Below are positions 23,594-38,076 of a stretch of 64,000 nucleotides of DNA, one piece after another. The position numbers and the translations under genes are program-made. Source of the stretch: Curvularia clavata (taxonomy: Eukaryota); NCBI GenBank assembly GCA_023920165.1, contig CP089277.1:3224001-3288000 (forward strand). The letters are read 5' to 3'. How positions within the stretch are numbered: position 1 is the first letter of the stretch; each line of letters begins with the position of its first letter. The notes below the pieces were generated by a model. It saw only the letters and a program-made list of their open reading frames with translations. It had not been told where the DNA came from and did no database searches.

Positions 23594-26500
23594 TGCACGG
23601 GACAGGCGTGAGCGGGCGCTGGCGAGGAATAGGTAGGTTGTTTAGGGACGGAGGAGAGGACGGGATGGTGGGCGAGGGCCGGCAAGAGGATGCCGTGGGT
23701 GGGTTCAGGCCAAGGCTGGTTGATGTGGATGTGGAAAGGATGCTAGCGTGGGTGGAGCCGCTAAGCCCGATGATTTCAGGGTCTATGTGTGTAGTGGCGG
23801 CGGCGGCAAAATGCGCAATAACAGACTAGTGCAGCACTGGCTGTCTGTGAGTCGAGCACCACGCCGGCCGACACGAATGCGACGGCGGCCGCCTGTTTGT
23901 TTTTGCAATTATTGTCTCTTTACTTGCGTGAGTCGCTGTCGTGCCACCGTCTGCCGCGCACGCCCTCGGGGAAGGAGGGATGCTATTATGTACTGATCGG
24001 CACCGACCAGGACAAGGGCAGCGCACCCACCAAAACGACTCGGATGACTTTGAAGCGGTCAATTAGCGTATGAGATGGCCGAGCAACTATGACCACGAGG
24101 CAGAGCTCCGCAAGGGGGGGCTTTCGTGGCTGGAGGAGACAAGTCAGGACAAGACGAGATGAGAGAGCCGCGCGGCGGTGCTAGGACATGCGTAGTGGGC
24201 AGGTGGAGGAGAGGGGAGGGGGGGCGCGGCAGCCGTTGAAAAGGGCGTGCGAGGGATGAGGCTGGAGAAGGCATGGTGGTCGTTGGCTGCTGGGAGCTGG
24301 GAGCTGGTTATGGTGACGGTACGGCTATGACGTCGTGTGTGCCTTGTGCGCACCGCCGATCGCTGACTGCTTTCGGCGTCGCGGCGGCGGACGACATCAT
24401 TGCTTAACGCTGCCACGGTTCCGCTAGCCGCCCAAACTCTGCCATCCATCCCATCACCATCGCGATCAAACCATGTGAATTACGACAATGACGAGACGCT
24501 GCTCCCGCGCCTCACTGCCTGCGCCCACCGTCGTGCTGCTGTCAGGCCCGCCAACATGCCACCCAGCAGCCAATTTCCAGTGCGTTGCAGGCTCCCTCTC
24601 TCGCCCGACGCACTGCGGGTCACGCTGGCCACGCGCACACTGCCTGTTGCCCATCATTGGCTTTGGCCCCCGCTGATCCGTTGCTGCTGGCCTGTCTGTT
24701 TTGTCGACGCTGCACGCCCAATCTCGAGAAGATCGGCCGCAAAGACCCTGTGGCGCCCACCGCTGTCGCCTGCCGCTTTTGCTGCCCTGCCCGTTGTGAC
24801 CAATCTGCTGCTACTCCTCATACTACCACCACCACAAATACCACCACCACTACGACCCTCTAGTACCCATACCTCCTCAGCCTTGCCACAATGCGGCCCC
24901 TCAGCTTATTCTCTCCTCGTACCCGTCGTCGTCGTCCTTTGGCCGCTGCAACGTCCTGAGAAACGCCATGCCTCCCCGACTCCGCACCCCCGATCGCCTA
25001 TGACGAAATTTGCGTTTGATCATCATGCCCCGAGTACTACTGCAACCCCGGACGCTGACCCGGCCGCTCACCGTGCCTCTATTTGGCCTGCCTCCGCCGA
25101 CTCTCAATCATCTGCTCCAACTCCTCCAACCACCAAACCCAACGACTGGGTAGAACTTTTCCCGTCCCCGCCTAGCTGCAAAGTTGTCTCACGTTTGCGA
25201 CTCCTAGTCGCCCGCCCTGGTCTTCTCAACACGACGATCCCCAGGATCATGACGTTCAACGTCCAAACGCAAAAAGAAATAATACCTCTCTGCGCCAATC
25301 ACTGGTTTCACCACGCTTGGCCCACCTCCCCGGTGCGATCCGCATCTCGCTAATGGTCCTGCTCTCCTCAATCTCCAACGTAGCAGAGCACACAAAGACA
25401 CCGCTGTTTCTGCCCCCCCGATGATCTCGGCAACACGGCTCGTCAGCGTGGTACAGTTTGTACAGTACAACCAGCAGCAATAACAATAACAGCAGCAGTA
25501 ACACAACCAACCAGCAACCATGAATGACATGGGTCTTGCCAAAGTTGTACGACTTGTACTCGGCAACCGTCGGTTTTAATGCCGTCTTTGTACGTCAGTC
25601 GGTCCGCCCCTCTACCGCATCTCTGCCCGTCAGCGTAACGCACTCGAGTATCCCGTCACCGTCGCCGACGATCACCACAGGGTGATGCAAGGCTGACACG
25701 CTTTCCTATAGGCCACTGATCGTCCCATGTCGTGCCAAACCTCCGCGGCCATCAATTTACTATGTATCAACCGATACAACTGATACTCTATATGCTTTGC
25801 AAATTGTCGTTTACTTTGCCACTCAACACAGTCACTTACACTGCGCTTCACCAGCGCCGACGGTGGCGTCCCCTCCTTCCCAAAAGCGCTGCCCCTGCCC
25901 GCCCAAGGCGGCTCCTGTCACTCTTGCCGCGCTGTCAATTGCACGTGCACTGGTCAAACCATCTCGCCTAATGCCCTCGATCAATACGTTTGCATGATGC
26001 TAACTCTTTCCCCCGCTCGCTCTGCACCATAGTTGGTCCGGCATCTCCCTAGGCTGATTCCACTTTTCGTTCTTCGGTGGTTCTTTAGCACAGAGTACCT
26101 GATTCATGGAATCGCACCACCCGGGTTCTTCCCAGTACACCACACCCCGAATCCACAGTCGGCCCGACGCCCGCTTCAGCTCGCAATCACGCAACCTCTC
26201 CAAGTCATTCCAACAGCTGCAATTATCGAATTTGCCCAATCAGGTAACTAATCTATCGACCCAGCTGAAGACATGCCGTCGTTACGCCGTTGTACCACTG
26301 GACCTGGCGTCACTGGACAATATCTCCGGTAGGGCTGCATCACTACTACTGCCACTTGCGACTTTGGGACGTGGTCCTACACCCGATGAATGTAGCTGCC
26401 GACCTGCTGTGCTGCAAGTCATGCATGTACAGATACATGACGAGGGGGAGGGTCCGGGAGTTGGACGCAACGCACCGCAGAATGACCGATGACCACGCGT

Positions 26501-27811
26501 CCCCCTATAGTGCTCCCTATAGCGCTCAGCTTATAGCAGCCGAGGTCAACTTCTGCAAACGCCTTGCTGAAGTGCTCGTAAAGCCTCTTGCGCTTCCGCG
26601 TGACCCATAGCTCGGAGAGACTCTCGCATCTCAGCAACGTGACAACTGGCTCTTACCATACCCAAAATTACCCAACTACAGTACATATCTGACCCGTCAG
26701 CAACAGCTTTGCATGCATTACCGTTGCCAACACATCTTGTCAGTGGAGCTGCAAAATGCATGTATCTCTTTTTGGCCCTTTGCTGTCTACGTGTGAAGCA
26801 CCATTCCGAACAAGCTTGCACAGCTCTGCTGGCCAAGGCTGCCATCCTCAATCTGCATCAGACCCTGCATTATACCCCAATAAACACATACCCCTTACTC
26901 CACACTGTGCTCTAATTGTCCGTCAGTCAGTCGAGTGCTGTGTTGTTCATACCTTGCAAGCATTTTGCCGTCGCCATGCCGAAGCTCTCAGTCCACTCGA
27001 GTCATGACATTACAAAGCGGATTTTTTTGCCCTTTGTGTGGTGAGCCATTTGAAGCGAATATGTACATAGTAGAACGACAATGGCTATAAAAAGGTGGGG
27101 TTGAACTTGAAACTGACCAGACGTGCCTGTTCAGCTGCATCCCATTACACCCAGTAATACATGGGCAATCTGCAACGATGAAACCATGGTGTATTGTACA
27201 CCTGCTGTATCCTTTGTTAATCATGGCAGATCTTTTGTCACAGACTGCTGTTTAGCTATGCATACTACTCGTCAATGTACCTGATGCTGCTCTCGTCTGA
27301 ATAACAGGAAAGTCTACATGACTGTAACTGTCCAATACTATGTCAGCATTATCGATATGTCGAGGATGCAGCTACGTTAGGCTAGCATCCTGGTAGGTAC
27401 CACAACATTGGGCTCGTATCTGCAACGGCTCGGCAACCCGGACGTATGGTAGCATCGCCATTGCCTTCTCGAACACTTATTTTGTTAAAGTTCCCTTCTT
27501 TGCCGCTCCTGTGATGGCGCCTTCAAACATCCGTTGTCGCATGCTGATGGATTCCCAACATGGGTGTGTAGAATACCGTTGGACTCCTCTGCGATTGCGT
27601 CACACCAGACTTCAGGCACATGGCCCAAGCTTAAGCTGCTTTGTTGACAACCCGAGGCCGTTGCGACTGCATCAATAGCAGCGACGCCTGGGTGCCGTCG
27701 TCATCTAGACCTGTGTGCATCTGCAACCTCGTACAGCCCTCACAGCGGGCCTTCGCATACACTTTACCTAGACGTCGCCGAGCACCACTAAGAGCTCGCA
27801 GCTACCCCACC

Positions 27812-29785
27812 ATGCACGGCATTCTGGAGCTCTCACTGCAGCTCCTCAACTCATTCCATCCGGGCAACCTAGGTGCGTATCCCAGGTCCATTGGTACCTC
27901 TTGCTTTGAACTCGTTTCGAGACGAGATGGTCAAACTTGGGCAAAATTCGCTAACTTCAACAAGGTGGCGGTTCTGGGGCTCAAGTTCCCTTTCGAGGTC
28001 AACAGGATGTGAAACGTGAGTAATGATCACGTGACCGACCATGAACTCCAGATAACAACTAACAAGCTCAATTAGCCACTCCAACAGTAACAACGTCTAG
28101 TCTTCCGGATTATTTTGTAACGGATGATGGCCATTTTCAAGGCCCAACCCAGACGGGTGCCGCCCCGTTTCTCGCCCAGACAAACCTGGCGCCCTTCGCT
28201 GGTGTCTCGTACATACCAAACACGCCTCTGGAAACACAGATGCCTATTCCAGGGAACCCCGAAAACAAGAACATTTTCCAAAGCCTTGCAAATCTCAGCC
28301 CCTACTTCCCTAATCCCCGCGGTTTTGGTGTGAAAGAATATCCAGTTCCTCCTGGCGCTAACGTGACATGGGTCAACATGGTACATCGCCATGGAAGCCG
28401 CTATCCCGAAGTCAGTGGTGAGGCAGCCGAACGGACTCTGGGCAAAAAACTCACAGATGCTGCTGGAAAGTTTACTGGCCACGGGCCGCTTGCTTTTCTC
28501 AACGATTGGCAGTTCCTGCTCGGTGCTGAGATTCTGGTTCCGAATGGCAAATATGAGCTGTTTCAATCCGGTACTTTGCACTACTATCAGTACGGCCACT
28601 TGTATCCCAACAATGGAAGCAAGATTATAGTGCGGAGTACCACGCAGAGACGCATGACAGAATCAGCAGAATACTTTCTTGCGGGGTTCTTTGGGTTGCA
28701 ATGGCCGCAGAATGCAACACTGGAGCTGGCTATTGAAGCGCCTGGCTTCAACAACACTCTTGCAGGTTACAAGCAATGCAACCATTCAAGTTGGCACGTA
28801 GCTAGGAATGGTAATACAAAACGGACCAATGATATCCCACAGAAGCTGACGAAGCGTAGCTCTCATGGACTGGGTAGGCGTATACCTACACGATGCCCAC
28901 CAAAGGTTCAGAAGCAACATCACTGGTGATCTCGACTGGACTCTTAGTGACACATGTAAGTTTGTACAGGACTTGGTACTTGGCCTCTAGACTAATCTTT
29001 TGCAGACAACGCACAAGCTCTGTGTTCATATGAAACCGTTTCGCTAGGATTCTCCCACTGGTGTGGTCTCTTTACGTACGAAGAGTGGCAGGGTTACGAG
29101 TACGCTCTCGACATTGGGTTCCAAGCCGGTACAGGCTTTGGATCTCCTGTTGGCCGCGCCATCGGTATAGGTGCGCTACACAGTACTAAATGACACCTCC
29201 TTCCAAGAAACTGACCAGCATGTAACAGGTTATGTCGAGGAGGTCCTTGCCCGCATGCAACACCATGTCCTGACGTCGCCCTCAGCCCAGATCAACGTGA
29301 CCCTTGATAACAACACCGTCACTTTTCCCGTCGACCAAGCCCTCAACTTGGACTTTAGCCACGACGCCGGCATCCTCAGTATCCTCGTCGCGTTTGGCCT
29401 GACGCAATTCAATGACACACTGCCTACCACACACATCAAGCACGACCGTGAATTCATCCTCTCGCACATTCAGCCTTTTGCCGGTCGACTCAACATCGAA
29501 GTCATTCGTGCCCCTGCACCCGTCAACCCTAAGCGAGGCCAGGACCCCATTTATCTCGACGGCAAGCCCACGAGCTACGTACATTTCATCCTCAACCAGA
29601 GAACGATACCGCTGGGCAGGAGTCACCCAGAGTGCGGACAGAGAGACGATGGGTGGTGTGACATGGATACGTTTCTCAAGGTGATGCAGAAGCAGATTGA
29701 GCTTGCTGAGTACGACTATGCCTGCTTTGGCGAGTACGAGGATCCTGCATATGGCGAGGTTACGGATGGAAGGCCGGTGAGGTAG
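27812..29785 (+). CDS. Histidine acid phosphatase / 3-phytase-like protein, multi-exon
   Basis: Catalytic 'RHGSRYP' and 'DFSHD' motifs, plus 'PDYF...GPTQTGAAPFLAQTN' and 'CGQRDDGWC'. The first exon (27812-27872) is less certain. Confidence 0.9.
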
Positions 29786-29789
29786 TATG

Positions 29790-29809
29790 TATATATATAT
29801 ATATATATA
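29790..29809. repeat. (TA)10 microsatellite
   Basis: Directly after the phytase stop, inside the 86-bp gap to the convergent amidase stop. Confidence 0.9.
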
Positions 29810-29871
29810 GGTATGTATCTATGTCAGAGAAGCAGCGCTTAAACAGCTCATCCCGGTTCCCTTTCCCGAAC

Positions 29872-31777
29872 CTAGTTGTCCATCTTTAACACATCTACCC
29901 ACGCACCCGGCATCACTCTGCCTCCCTTGTACCCCTCACTCAACCACCTCTCCCCATCATAGCCAAACTCAATCAACTCATCCTCACTGCCCCACTCACC
30001 CTGCCCACTCAGCCCAATCGGAATCTTCCCCTCACCCTTGACACCATCTACATACCCCACTGGAAACTGTATACAAGGTATGCCTGTAAAATTCGCAAGC
30101 CACACATACTCCATATTGTGAATCTGCATATTCCCATTCGTAACACCGTACGCCAGCTCCGCCTCGTCAATCGGCCAGCCAGCATTCGGCGTCGTGGGTG
30201 TGACGATGACGAGGCCGGGATGCTGTTGGAATAGATGGGCAAGGTGCTGCATTAGGAGGTTGCGCAGGCGCTGGGCGAGCAGGAAGTCTGTAGCGGGGGT
30301 TTGGCGAGCGACACTCATGAGGATGCGGTTAGGGGGTGTCAGGTCGTACATAGATTGCTTGTGGCCTGCAGCGCCTTCGGCCATGATGGTCATGGCGTGT
30401 GCGAGTTGGCCTTCTGTCAGCAGTGGGATACTGATGTCAATGATCTGGTAGCCTAGGTCTTTTTGGAAGTACTGCAGGGCCGAGTGGAAGGCTTCTTGGA
30501 CTGCGGGGGCGGACCGGTCGATCCAGGATTTGTACACGCCCAGGACTTTGGGACGGGGACCGGTGGACTTCTTTGGGGGGGCGAAGAGTGAGGAGGGATA
30601 GGCGGAGGGGTCCGGTGTAGCGAGAACTCGGTAGGATATCTCGAGGTCGAGCATGGTTGCTGCGAGCGGGCCGCGGACAGTAACTGATTTTCCGGCATTG
30701 GGCATTGGTGCGATAGAAACGCGTGAATGTGAGGTCTTGAGGCCGTACAAACCGCAATAGTTGCTGGGAATACGGACTGAGCCGCCGCCATCAGAACCAA
30801 TGGCGAACGGTATGAGGCCATGGCCTACGGCTGATGCAGCGCCTCCTGAGGAGCCTCCGGTGTAATATGAACTGTTGTAGGGGTTCCTCGGTGTACCCCA
30901 GTTGGGATTGTTGTTGGTGGTATCTGAAATCCTTTAGTCGACTTCCTAATATCACCAATCCAGAGACAATATAGGTGTATTCTTACCCATGCCCAATTCG
31001 TGCATTGTGAGTGTCCCAACCAAAATGGCGCCCTCCTGCTCCACCACCTTTGCGCACCAACTGGTTTCCTTGTTACCGCCCTTGCTGTAGTCGTACGTTG
31101 TACCGATATAGTGTTTGTAGTCCTTAACCCGCAAGTCGTCCTTGACTGCGAAAGGTACACCGTCGAGAACACCCAATGGCTTCCCCTCTATATATCGCTG
31201 CGTAGAAGCCTGCGCGGCCTGCCGCACAAGCTCTACCTTAGTGTCCATGAAGGCCGTCGAGTACGGCGAGCGCTGCGCGACATCGCGGCGGATGAGCGGT
31301 AGCAGGCGCTCTATGACATCTGACGGTGTGAATGCGCCGCTTGAGTAGCCATCGTGAAAGTCTTTAATCGAGTAGAATCGGCTAGAGGAGGTGGAATTGG
31401 GCGATGCGCGCAGGTTGGATTTGTCTGTATGATTCACAGGACCTTTGTCGTCGCCCGCTTGAGACAGCGGTATCACCGTAGGATCGAAGCGCGAGTCGAT
31501 GCCATCGAGTTCCGCGCATTGTCGCAGGGAGCTGAAGCCGGCATTGCTCCAAAGGATTCCGGGTACGAGAGGTACAGCTGCAACACTGAACAAGTTAGTC
31601 GATGCATTGAAGAGAGACCGCGACGTGGTAGAGGGCTCACAGATTTGAGAGATGATGCAACAGCGCCCCTTTGACTACGGGGTTCTTTCCTGGAGGCGGG
31701 GCCTTGTACGGCGCGTCACAGGGTTTAGGGTCCGGGTAGTTGAAGAAGCGCGGGGACGATTGCTGGTTTCCTGACAT
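29872..31777 (-). CDS. Amidase-signature family enzyme (FAAH/GatA-like), 3 exons
   Basis: 'LDGVPFAVKDD', 'MHELG', 'YTGGSSGGAAS', 'GSDGGGSVRIPSNYCGLYGLKTS': Lys-Ser-Ser triad intact. Confidence 0.92.
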
Positions 31778-32349
31778 CTTGGCTATGCCTGACAGAACCG
31801 GAGATTGATGTTGGAGCAATACACGAGAGGAATAGTCGGGATATCTTTTCAGGCAACTGTGAAGCTTCTACACAGGATGCGACTGCATATGCCTCGGAAC
31901 GTTTAGGACAGCTACATTGGTCTTCACATGATTACTATCTGCCGCCTTCCGTCATTCCCGCTGTACCACAACAAGCGGAGATTGCAATGGTCTTCGTCCA
32001 CAATGCCGACTAAACATAAGAGACAATTTCAAGAAGCTTCAACACATTGAAAAATTCAATGAATTTGAGAAACATGCATTGGGGTATGGCTGCTAAGCTC
32101 CCGTGCAAACTGCAAAAGCCAATCTAATACTTTTGCCTTGTTATTCCAACCAATTCCGACCCCCCAAAGATAAGATACTGCAGCCACGTGTATCCTTGAA
32201 AGTGCCGTATTTTTTCAACACTGGTTTTGAAGCCATTGTCACAGAATGACAGTTCTTCTCCCAAACATCCGCGGATTCAGCGCCGAAGTTACGCATACCG
32301 CCATGTCGGTAAAGTTATGGCTTATTTATCCGACATTGTCCGTGTTCAT

Positions 32350-33193
32350 CTATTTCTTTCCGGCAACCTCGTCTCCCATGCGGTTGTACTCCCTCTGCAT
32401 GTTCTCGACCTGCTTCTTCAGGTTCGCCATGTCGCGGTCCTTGGCCTCGAGCTCCTTCCTGAGGGCACCGACCTCACCAGGGCCACCAGCGTTCTTGAGA
32501 GCAGAAGAGTTCTTGCTCTTGGGGTCACCCTTGAGGCTCTTGACCTCCTCCTCGAGACGGAGGACATCGAGGATCATGACGTAGGTGCGGTTGAGAATAA
32601 GCGATAGGAAAAGGGTAAAACCACAGAGGTACATGTTGCGCTGCGAGTAGAACTTGCGAGCCTGAACCTCCATGCGTTCAATGCCTCCGGCTGCGACGCT
32701 TCTTTGGGAGTCAGTTTTACAGCTAGACACGTGTGCGAGTGGACTTACCCTGAGCGACCCGTGTCATCTGAGCCAGAAAGCTCAATCTGTACGCGATAGA
32801 CGCGGTTAACACTGTCAATGAACAGTATGAGAATGAAGATGAATGTAATCTAGGTATGTCAGGCGTGTCTAGTGTAAAGCTGTAGCTGTCCATACCTTCA
32901 TGCCGTATTGTAATTTTGCTATTATAGGGCTCTCCGAAATAAAAGCAAAGAGCTTGCGGCGCCATGTGAATGGCAGAGGTACGATGAGGGCGCAGAAGAT
33001 GAGCATCTCCGTCACCAGGAGGAGGAAGACCTAAGCAGGAGATAGTCAGCACAAGGCTACATGTTGGGTGTCAGAGCAGCGTGGATGGCACGCGAACAAT
33101 GGGTGCCAGATAGCTAGCATCATCGTTTTGCTGGAGATGGAGGTGATTTGAAGCAGTAGAAAGACCACTAACCAAACTGTAGTAGAGCGTCAT
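32350..33193 (-). CDS. BAP31/BAP29 (Yet) ER membrane protein, multi-exon
   Basis: 'MTLYYSLVFLLLVTEMLIFCALIVPLP', 'ILFIDSVNRVYRVQ', 'RKFYSQRNMYLCGFTLFLSLIL', then a C-terminal coiled coil. Confidence 0.92.
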
Positions 33194-33575
33194 GTTGGTG
33201 ACGTGGTAATATCACACGACGCGAGTTGGTGTTTGTGTGGGAGCGGGGCTGAGCGGGATCAAGACTGAATGTCAGAGGAGAGCTGGCTTGCAGACGAATG
33301 CAACAGCCAGAAGACGAAGACGCAGAGGGTTTAAGAGGATGGCAGGAGAGTTGATGGGAAAGTGGGAACAGGCGACGCGGTTGTGATGTAGGAGCCGCAA
33401 GGTGCCTAGTTATGAAGCTCTACGTCACAGTTCTGGGCTTGCCCACTAGCGCATGGGCCGCCGGCCTAGCCTCTTCTAGCCACATTTGCACTCACTTTTT
33501 GAGCGAGTGCTTTTCTCGATTGAGCGCCAACGCCAACGACATATCCAGAATCTGCTTCTCGTTGCGTTGCATAAT

Positions 33576-35909
33576 ATGACGGCTAGTCAAGGTAACGGGA
33601 TTGAGCCTGGTCACCAGGCGCCTGAGGGTGGTGTTACTCTCGACTCCAGCAGCGTAAATGGTGGCAATGGCATGGCCGATGTAAAATTCGAGGCTCCCTC
33701 AAGCCCAAAGAAACGAGCCAGGACCAACAGCCCTGAAACCGAGGGCGCTGATGCTTCTGTCAAGCGGGTCAAGGGTGTTGCGCCCATCAAGGCAGAGTAC
33801 GCCGTATTACCAAAAAAAAAGGGACTCACGTGCTAAGAACACTAGATTTTTGATACCTCGAAGTAACAACAAGGCCGATGACCGGGACCGTGTCATAGAC
33901 GACGATGCAGCTGAGGCGGCAGATGCTGACCAAAAATCTGAAGGCCTGCCCAAGACTGACGCTCGTGATGCCCCCAGAGGCAAGGGCAAGAACAAAAAAG
34001 AGAAGAAGCAAAAGGGCCAAAACACCAGCCGCACTTTTGGAAGCTCACGCGATAAGATACCGCTGTGTGGCACTCGCGCACAGTACAATGAATTCTCGCC
34101 CAAGGATTGTCCATTTGGTGAAAAATGTAAATTCGAGCACGATCTTCGCAAGTATCTAAAAGAAGGCAGACGGGAGGATCTGACGACGTTTGATGGCCAG
34201 TGCCCAATCTATGCTGTCAAAGGATTCTGTCATTTTGGCTGGAAATGCCGATTCGTTGGAAGCCACTCGGAGGAGCGCACTACGGAAGACGGAAGAAAGG
34301 AACTTGTATTGAAAGAGAACGCTGAACTCAAGGCGAAGCTATCCGGATCTGGAGATGATGATGAGGCCGAAGCCGAAGTGTTCAACATTGTTCCCAAGGA
34401 AGTCAAGTTTGGTCTGTCAAGACGGAAGATTGGGACTCCACGGTCTGATCAGTACCTGCAATGGATCGAGAGCAATAGCCGGAACGAACGAGACATGTTT
34501 GATACTGCTCAAATGGATCCAGAAATCCTTAAAGAAGAGAAAGAGGCGCGCAGAGCAGAGTACGTGGAAGCACCTTTCAGACCCTCCGAAAAGCGACGAC
34601 TATACTATGGGCCCGAGACACCTATGCTTGCGCCTCTGACTACCCAGGGCAATCTGCCTTATCGTCGACTTTGCATCGACTTTGGCTGCCAAGTGACGTG
34701 GAGCGAGATGGCCATGGGCATGCCTCTGATCCAAGGTGACAAAGGTGAATGGGCGCTCATGAAGGCTCACGAGTCTGAGATCAGTCCACCAAAATTCTTA
34801 GGAAAGAACACCGTCGTACAGGGCTACGACAATTCTACCGATCTCAAGTTTGGCGCACAGATTGCCGCAAACAAGCCATGGCTAGCGACGAAAACTGTCG
34901 AGGTGCTCACTGATCACTGCCCGAAGCTGAGGGCCATCGATCTCAACTGTGGATGCCCAATCAACCTCGTCTGCGAAAAGGGAAGTGGCTCTGCGCTCCT
35001 GGATAGCGAGGCCAAGCTGGAGCATATTCTCCGCGGTATGACCTGTGTCTCCAAAGAGGTACCCATTACCGTCAAGATCCGCATGGGCACCAAGGACAAC
35101 CACCCCACCGCACAGAAGCTGATCAAGCGTCTGGTACTGGGCGGCCACGAAGCCGTGGAGTCCGGAAAAGGCACATCGGGCATTGCTGCAATCACATTGC
35201 ACGGCCGAAGCAAGCAACAGCGTTATACCAAGAGTGCAGACTGGTCGTATATCGCCGAGTGTTCTGCTCTCATTAACAGACTGCGAAAGGAGAAGGACGC
35301 TCAGACCGACACAATCAAGGAAGCGGATCCCCGTGATCTCGCAAATGGCGGCCACGTCTACTTTGTCGGCAACGGCGACTGTTACTCGCACGTCGACTAC
35401 TACAACCACCTGGAAAACGCCAAAGTCGACACTGTCATGGCCGGCCGCGGTGCTCTCATCAAGCCCTGGCTCTTTGAAGAAATCGAAAAGGGCCAGTACC
35501 TCGACAAGTCCGCCACTGAGCGTCTCTCCTACATCGAGAAATTCACAAAGTACGGCCTGCAAACCTGGGGTTCCGATGAAATGGGAATCGGCACCACACG
35601 CCGCTTCTTGCTCGAGTGGCTTAGCTTCGCGCATCGCTATGTGCCAGTCGGGTTGCTCGAGTACTTGCCCCCGAATATCCAGGACCGCCCGCCGAGGTTC
35701 AAGGGAAGAAATGAATTGGAGACATTGATGGCTAGTGAGCATTACAAGGATTGGATTAAGATTAGGTATGCTCTTGTATTGTCGTTACTGAAACTTGCAC
35801 AAGTAGCTAACAGTATCACAGTGAGATGTTCCTTGGCCCAGCCCATGAGAACTTCAAGTTTGAACCTAAGCACAAGTCGAATGCCTACGAGTTTGAGGCA
35901 GAGGGTTAG
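33576..35909 (+). CDS. DUS3: tRNA-dihydrouridine(47) synthase, 3 exons
   Basis: 'GVAPIKAE', CCCH-type fingers, '[14 protein letters not shown]', 'IDLNCGCPI', '[11 protein letters not shown]', '[14 protein letters not shown]', ending '[14 protein letters not shown]'. Introns at about 33797-33845 and 35767-35821. Confidence 0.95.
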
Positions 35910-36276
35910 AGGGTCTGGAAAAGAAGATATCAGATGTTGTGTATTCGGTTTTGTACGATGCATAGAGCGAAGAGAGAAGAGAAGAGTGCGGACAACAGTC
36001 GGGCGATCAAGGAGCATGACAGGGCGCAGAGACTGCTTTGGTTGGATCAAAGCATCAATTTGCATTTTCCTTATATCTTCCAACTACATTTCTCACTCAT
36101 CTAACATTGCCACAATAACAGGAACTTGTACGAGGCCTGAAATCCTACATTCATATCCTCTTCATAGTGAAAAGATATTTTCTCTGCATATTCTCCCCAA
36201 AAAGCCTGTTCAGGCATATTCATTCAAAGTCCACAAGAAAACTCCAACCCATCTTCCTTCTCTCTCATTCCATCAT

Positions 36277-38076
36277 TCAATCCAAGAAGCCCACCAACGT
36301 CTCCAACATCTCCCTCTCCGCCTTCTCAACTGCCAACACCCCATCCAACTGCGCCTGCAGCGTAGCCTTGACATCCTCCAAGCGCTCATCTCTCTCTGCC
36401 AAATTCTCCACAATCGCCTTCTTCGCGCCCTTATCCTCAGCCACCAACCACGCTAGAATGGCATCCACGCGCTCAAGACAATACAACCCTTCACTCAACC
36501 TATCCGAGATATTCTCCAACTCCCAGACTTCCAGCTCCTCTTTGCTCAAGCCGCGCTTCTTCTCTTTACTCCTTGTGTCAAACGCAGCGAGGCGCGCAAC
36601 ATAGTCGCGTCTTAGAGCGACGAGCTTGGAAATCTTTTCGTAATCTTTCTCGAGAAATTTAGCGAGGAGACGAAAGCGCGAGTCGGAGTTTCCAGGAAGG
36701 GAGCGCAACAGGGAGGCGAAGATGCCAAGGATATGTTCGGTTTGCTCGGGGTCTGATTTCTTTGATTTCATGAATGTGGAGAAGAGGGGTTTTAGGCCAC
36801 GGGATTCGACAACTTTGTCGCATACGGCCATGGCGCTGTTGAGTGAGGGCGCGTCTTGGCCTTCGGATGGTTCTGTTATTTCTTCGGCATAACCGCAGGC
36901 GTGGTCTAGCACTTTGAGGGCGCGGCTTTTGCTTGTTTTGCCGTCGCGGATGAAGAGGAGACAGAGTTCTACGCCTTCTGCTTCGAGGAACTTGGCTTTG
37001 CCGAGGGGCTCTTCGGTGACGGAACATAGGCAGTTGAAGAGATTCTCCATGTATTCCTCCTCGTAGCTGTCCTTTTCAGGGTCGTCTCTTCGGTATGGCG
37101 CAAGGTTTGTGAGGAAGACTTCGACTCCATTGGCTTCGGCGACATGATTTCGGTTTGGTCTGGATGATTGTGTGAGGATGGAGAGGATCTCCGAGGCGTA
37201 TTGTTTATTTTGTGATGTTGGTTTCTCATCCTTTTGAATTCTGTCCAATAGCCACTTTAGCAATGTGGATTCCTTCCCTATTATGTCTGTGTTCGCGGGT
37301 TGTGATAGTAGGTTCTCGATCACGCTCAAGGAATTGTATACACCTGATGCGTCCGCCTCGTCGGTTTCGTCGAAACGTGAGAAATTAGAGATGAGCAGGC
37401 CGAGCAGGTCAGCCTCCATGAATGCTGCCACGAGCGCATCCCATTGCTCCTGCTCTCCTCCTACATCCTCATCTGTAAGCTCTGATATCATTTCAATCGC
37501 ACCGATTGCAATGTCTGTGTTCTCGTGCGCCAGTAGTTCCACCAACTTTGAGGCTGCCGCGGTCTTTGCAAATTCCTCGTACAGCTCGGGATGCTCTGAC
37601 AGTATGCTGAGCGCCTTTATGCCCTCATCCAGATCGCCTTCCGATTCCATGAATTTCGTCGGGTCGTTTTCGTACTTCGCGCGCTGCGACGCATTCTTAT
37701 TGACTTTTTTCTCAAAGTTGAGCGCCAATTTGCGAACCCAGGGAACATCGTACTTTTCTTCTCTTATGGCTTCGTCGCCGTCTAGCGCATCAATGTATTC
37801 CATCGCATCTCGCGCATTCTCATCCAAGCCATCGCCAAAGAATCGTCCTTCATCATCGTCGCCTGGGCCGTCGTCGAAATCCGGTGGGAGAGAAGGGCCA
37901 GCCTCATCCTCGTCTTCTTCGTCGGCTACTGAGGCTTGCGCTGAGCCCTTTACGTCGCCGTTTCCGTTTAGCTTTGCGGTCTTGTAGGATTGCGTCGGGT
38001 CGGCTTCGTTTGGGTTCTCGAATTTGCGCTTCGCGGAGCCGTTTACGCCTTTGAAAAGTTCGTCAATACTCGTCAT
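36277..38076 (-). CDS. CTNNBL1: Beta-catenin-like protein 1 (Prp19-complex armadillo protein), intronless
   Basis: '[19 protein letters not shown]', '[11 protein letters not shown]...ELTDED', '[12 protein letters not shown]', '[11 protein letters not shown]', '[13 protein letters not shown]'. Confidence 0.92.
   Translation of the reverse strand: MTSIDELFKGVNGSAKRKFENPNEADPTQSYKTAKLNGNGDVKGSAQASVADEEDEDEAGPSLPPDFDDGPGDDDEGRFFGDGLDENARDAMEYIDALDGDEAIREEKYDVPWVRKLALNFEKKVNKNASQRAKYENDPTKFMESEGDLDEGIKALSILSEHPELYEEFAKTAAASKLVELLAHENTDIAIGAIEMISELTDEDVGGEQEQWDALVAAFMEADLLGLLISNFSRFDETDEADASGVYNSLSVIENLLSQPANTDIIGKESTLLKWLLDRIQKDEKPTSQNKQYASEILSILTQSSRPNRNHVAEANGVEVFLTNLAPYRRDDPEKDSYEEEYMENLFNCLCSVTEEPLGKAKFLEAEGVELCLLFIRDGKTSKSRALKVLDHACGYAEEITEPSEGQDAPSLNSAMAVCDKVVESRGLKPLFSTFMKSKKSDPEQTEHILGIFASLLRSLPGNSDSRFRLLAKFLEKDYEKISKLVALRRDYVARLAAFDTRSKEKKRGLSKEELEVWELENISDRLSEGLYCLERVDAILAWLVAEDKGAKKAIVENLAERDERLEDVKATLQAQLDGVLAVEKAEREMLETLVGFLD

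Noticed and set aside
24400..25353. 317-aa plus-strand ORF in the 4 kb SCOC-phytase gap
   Set aside because: TTG start, Pro-rich low-complexity translation including a CCA repeat, no recognisable motif. Likely a GC-rich promoter/UTR artefact.
33751..36456. 901-aa ORF
   Set aside because: DUS3 exon 2 read through flanking introns and 3'UTR. The spliced model ends at 35909 with the conserved PKHKSN tail.
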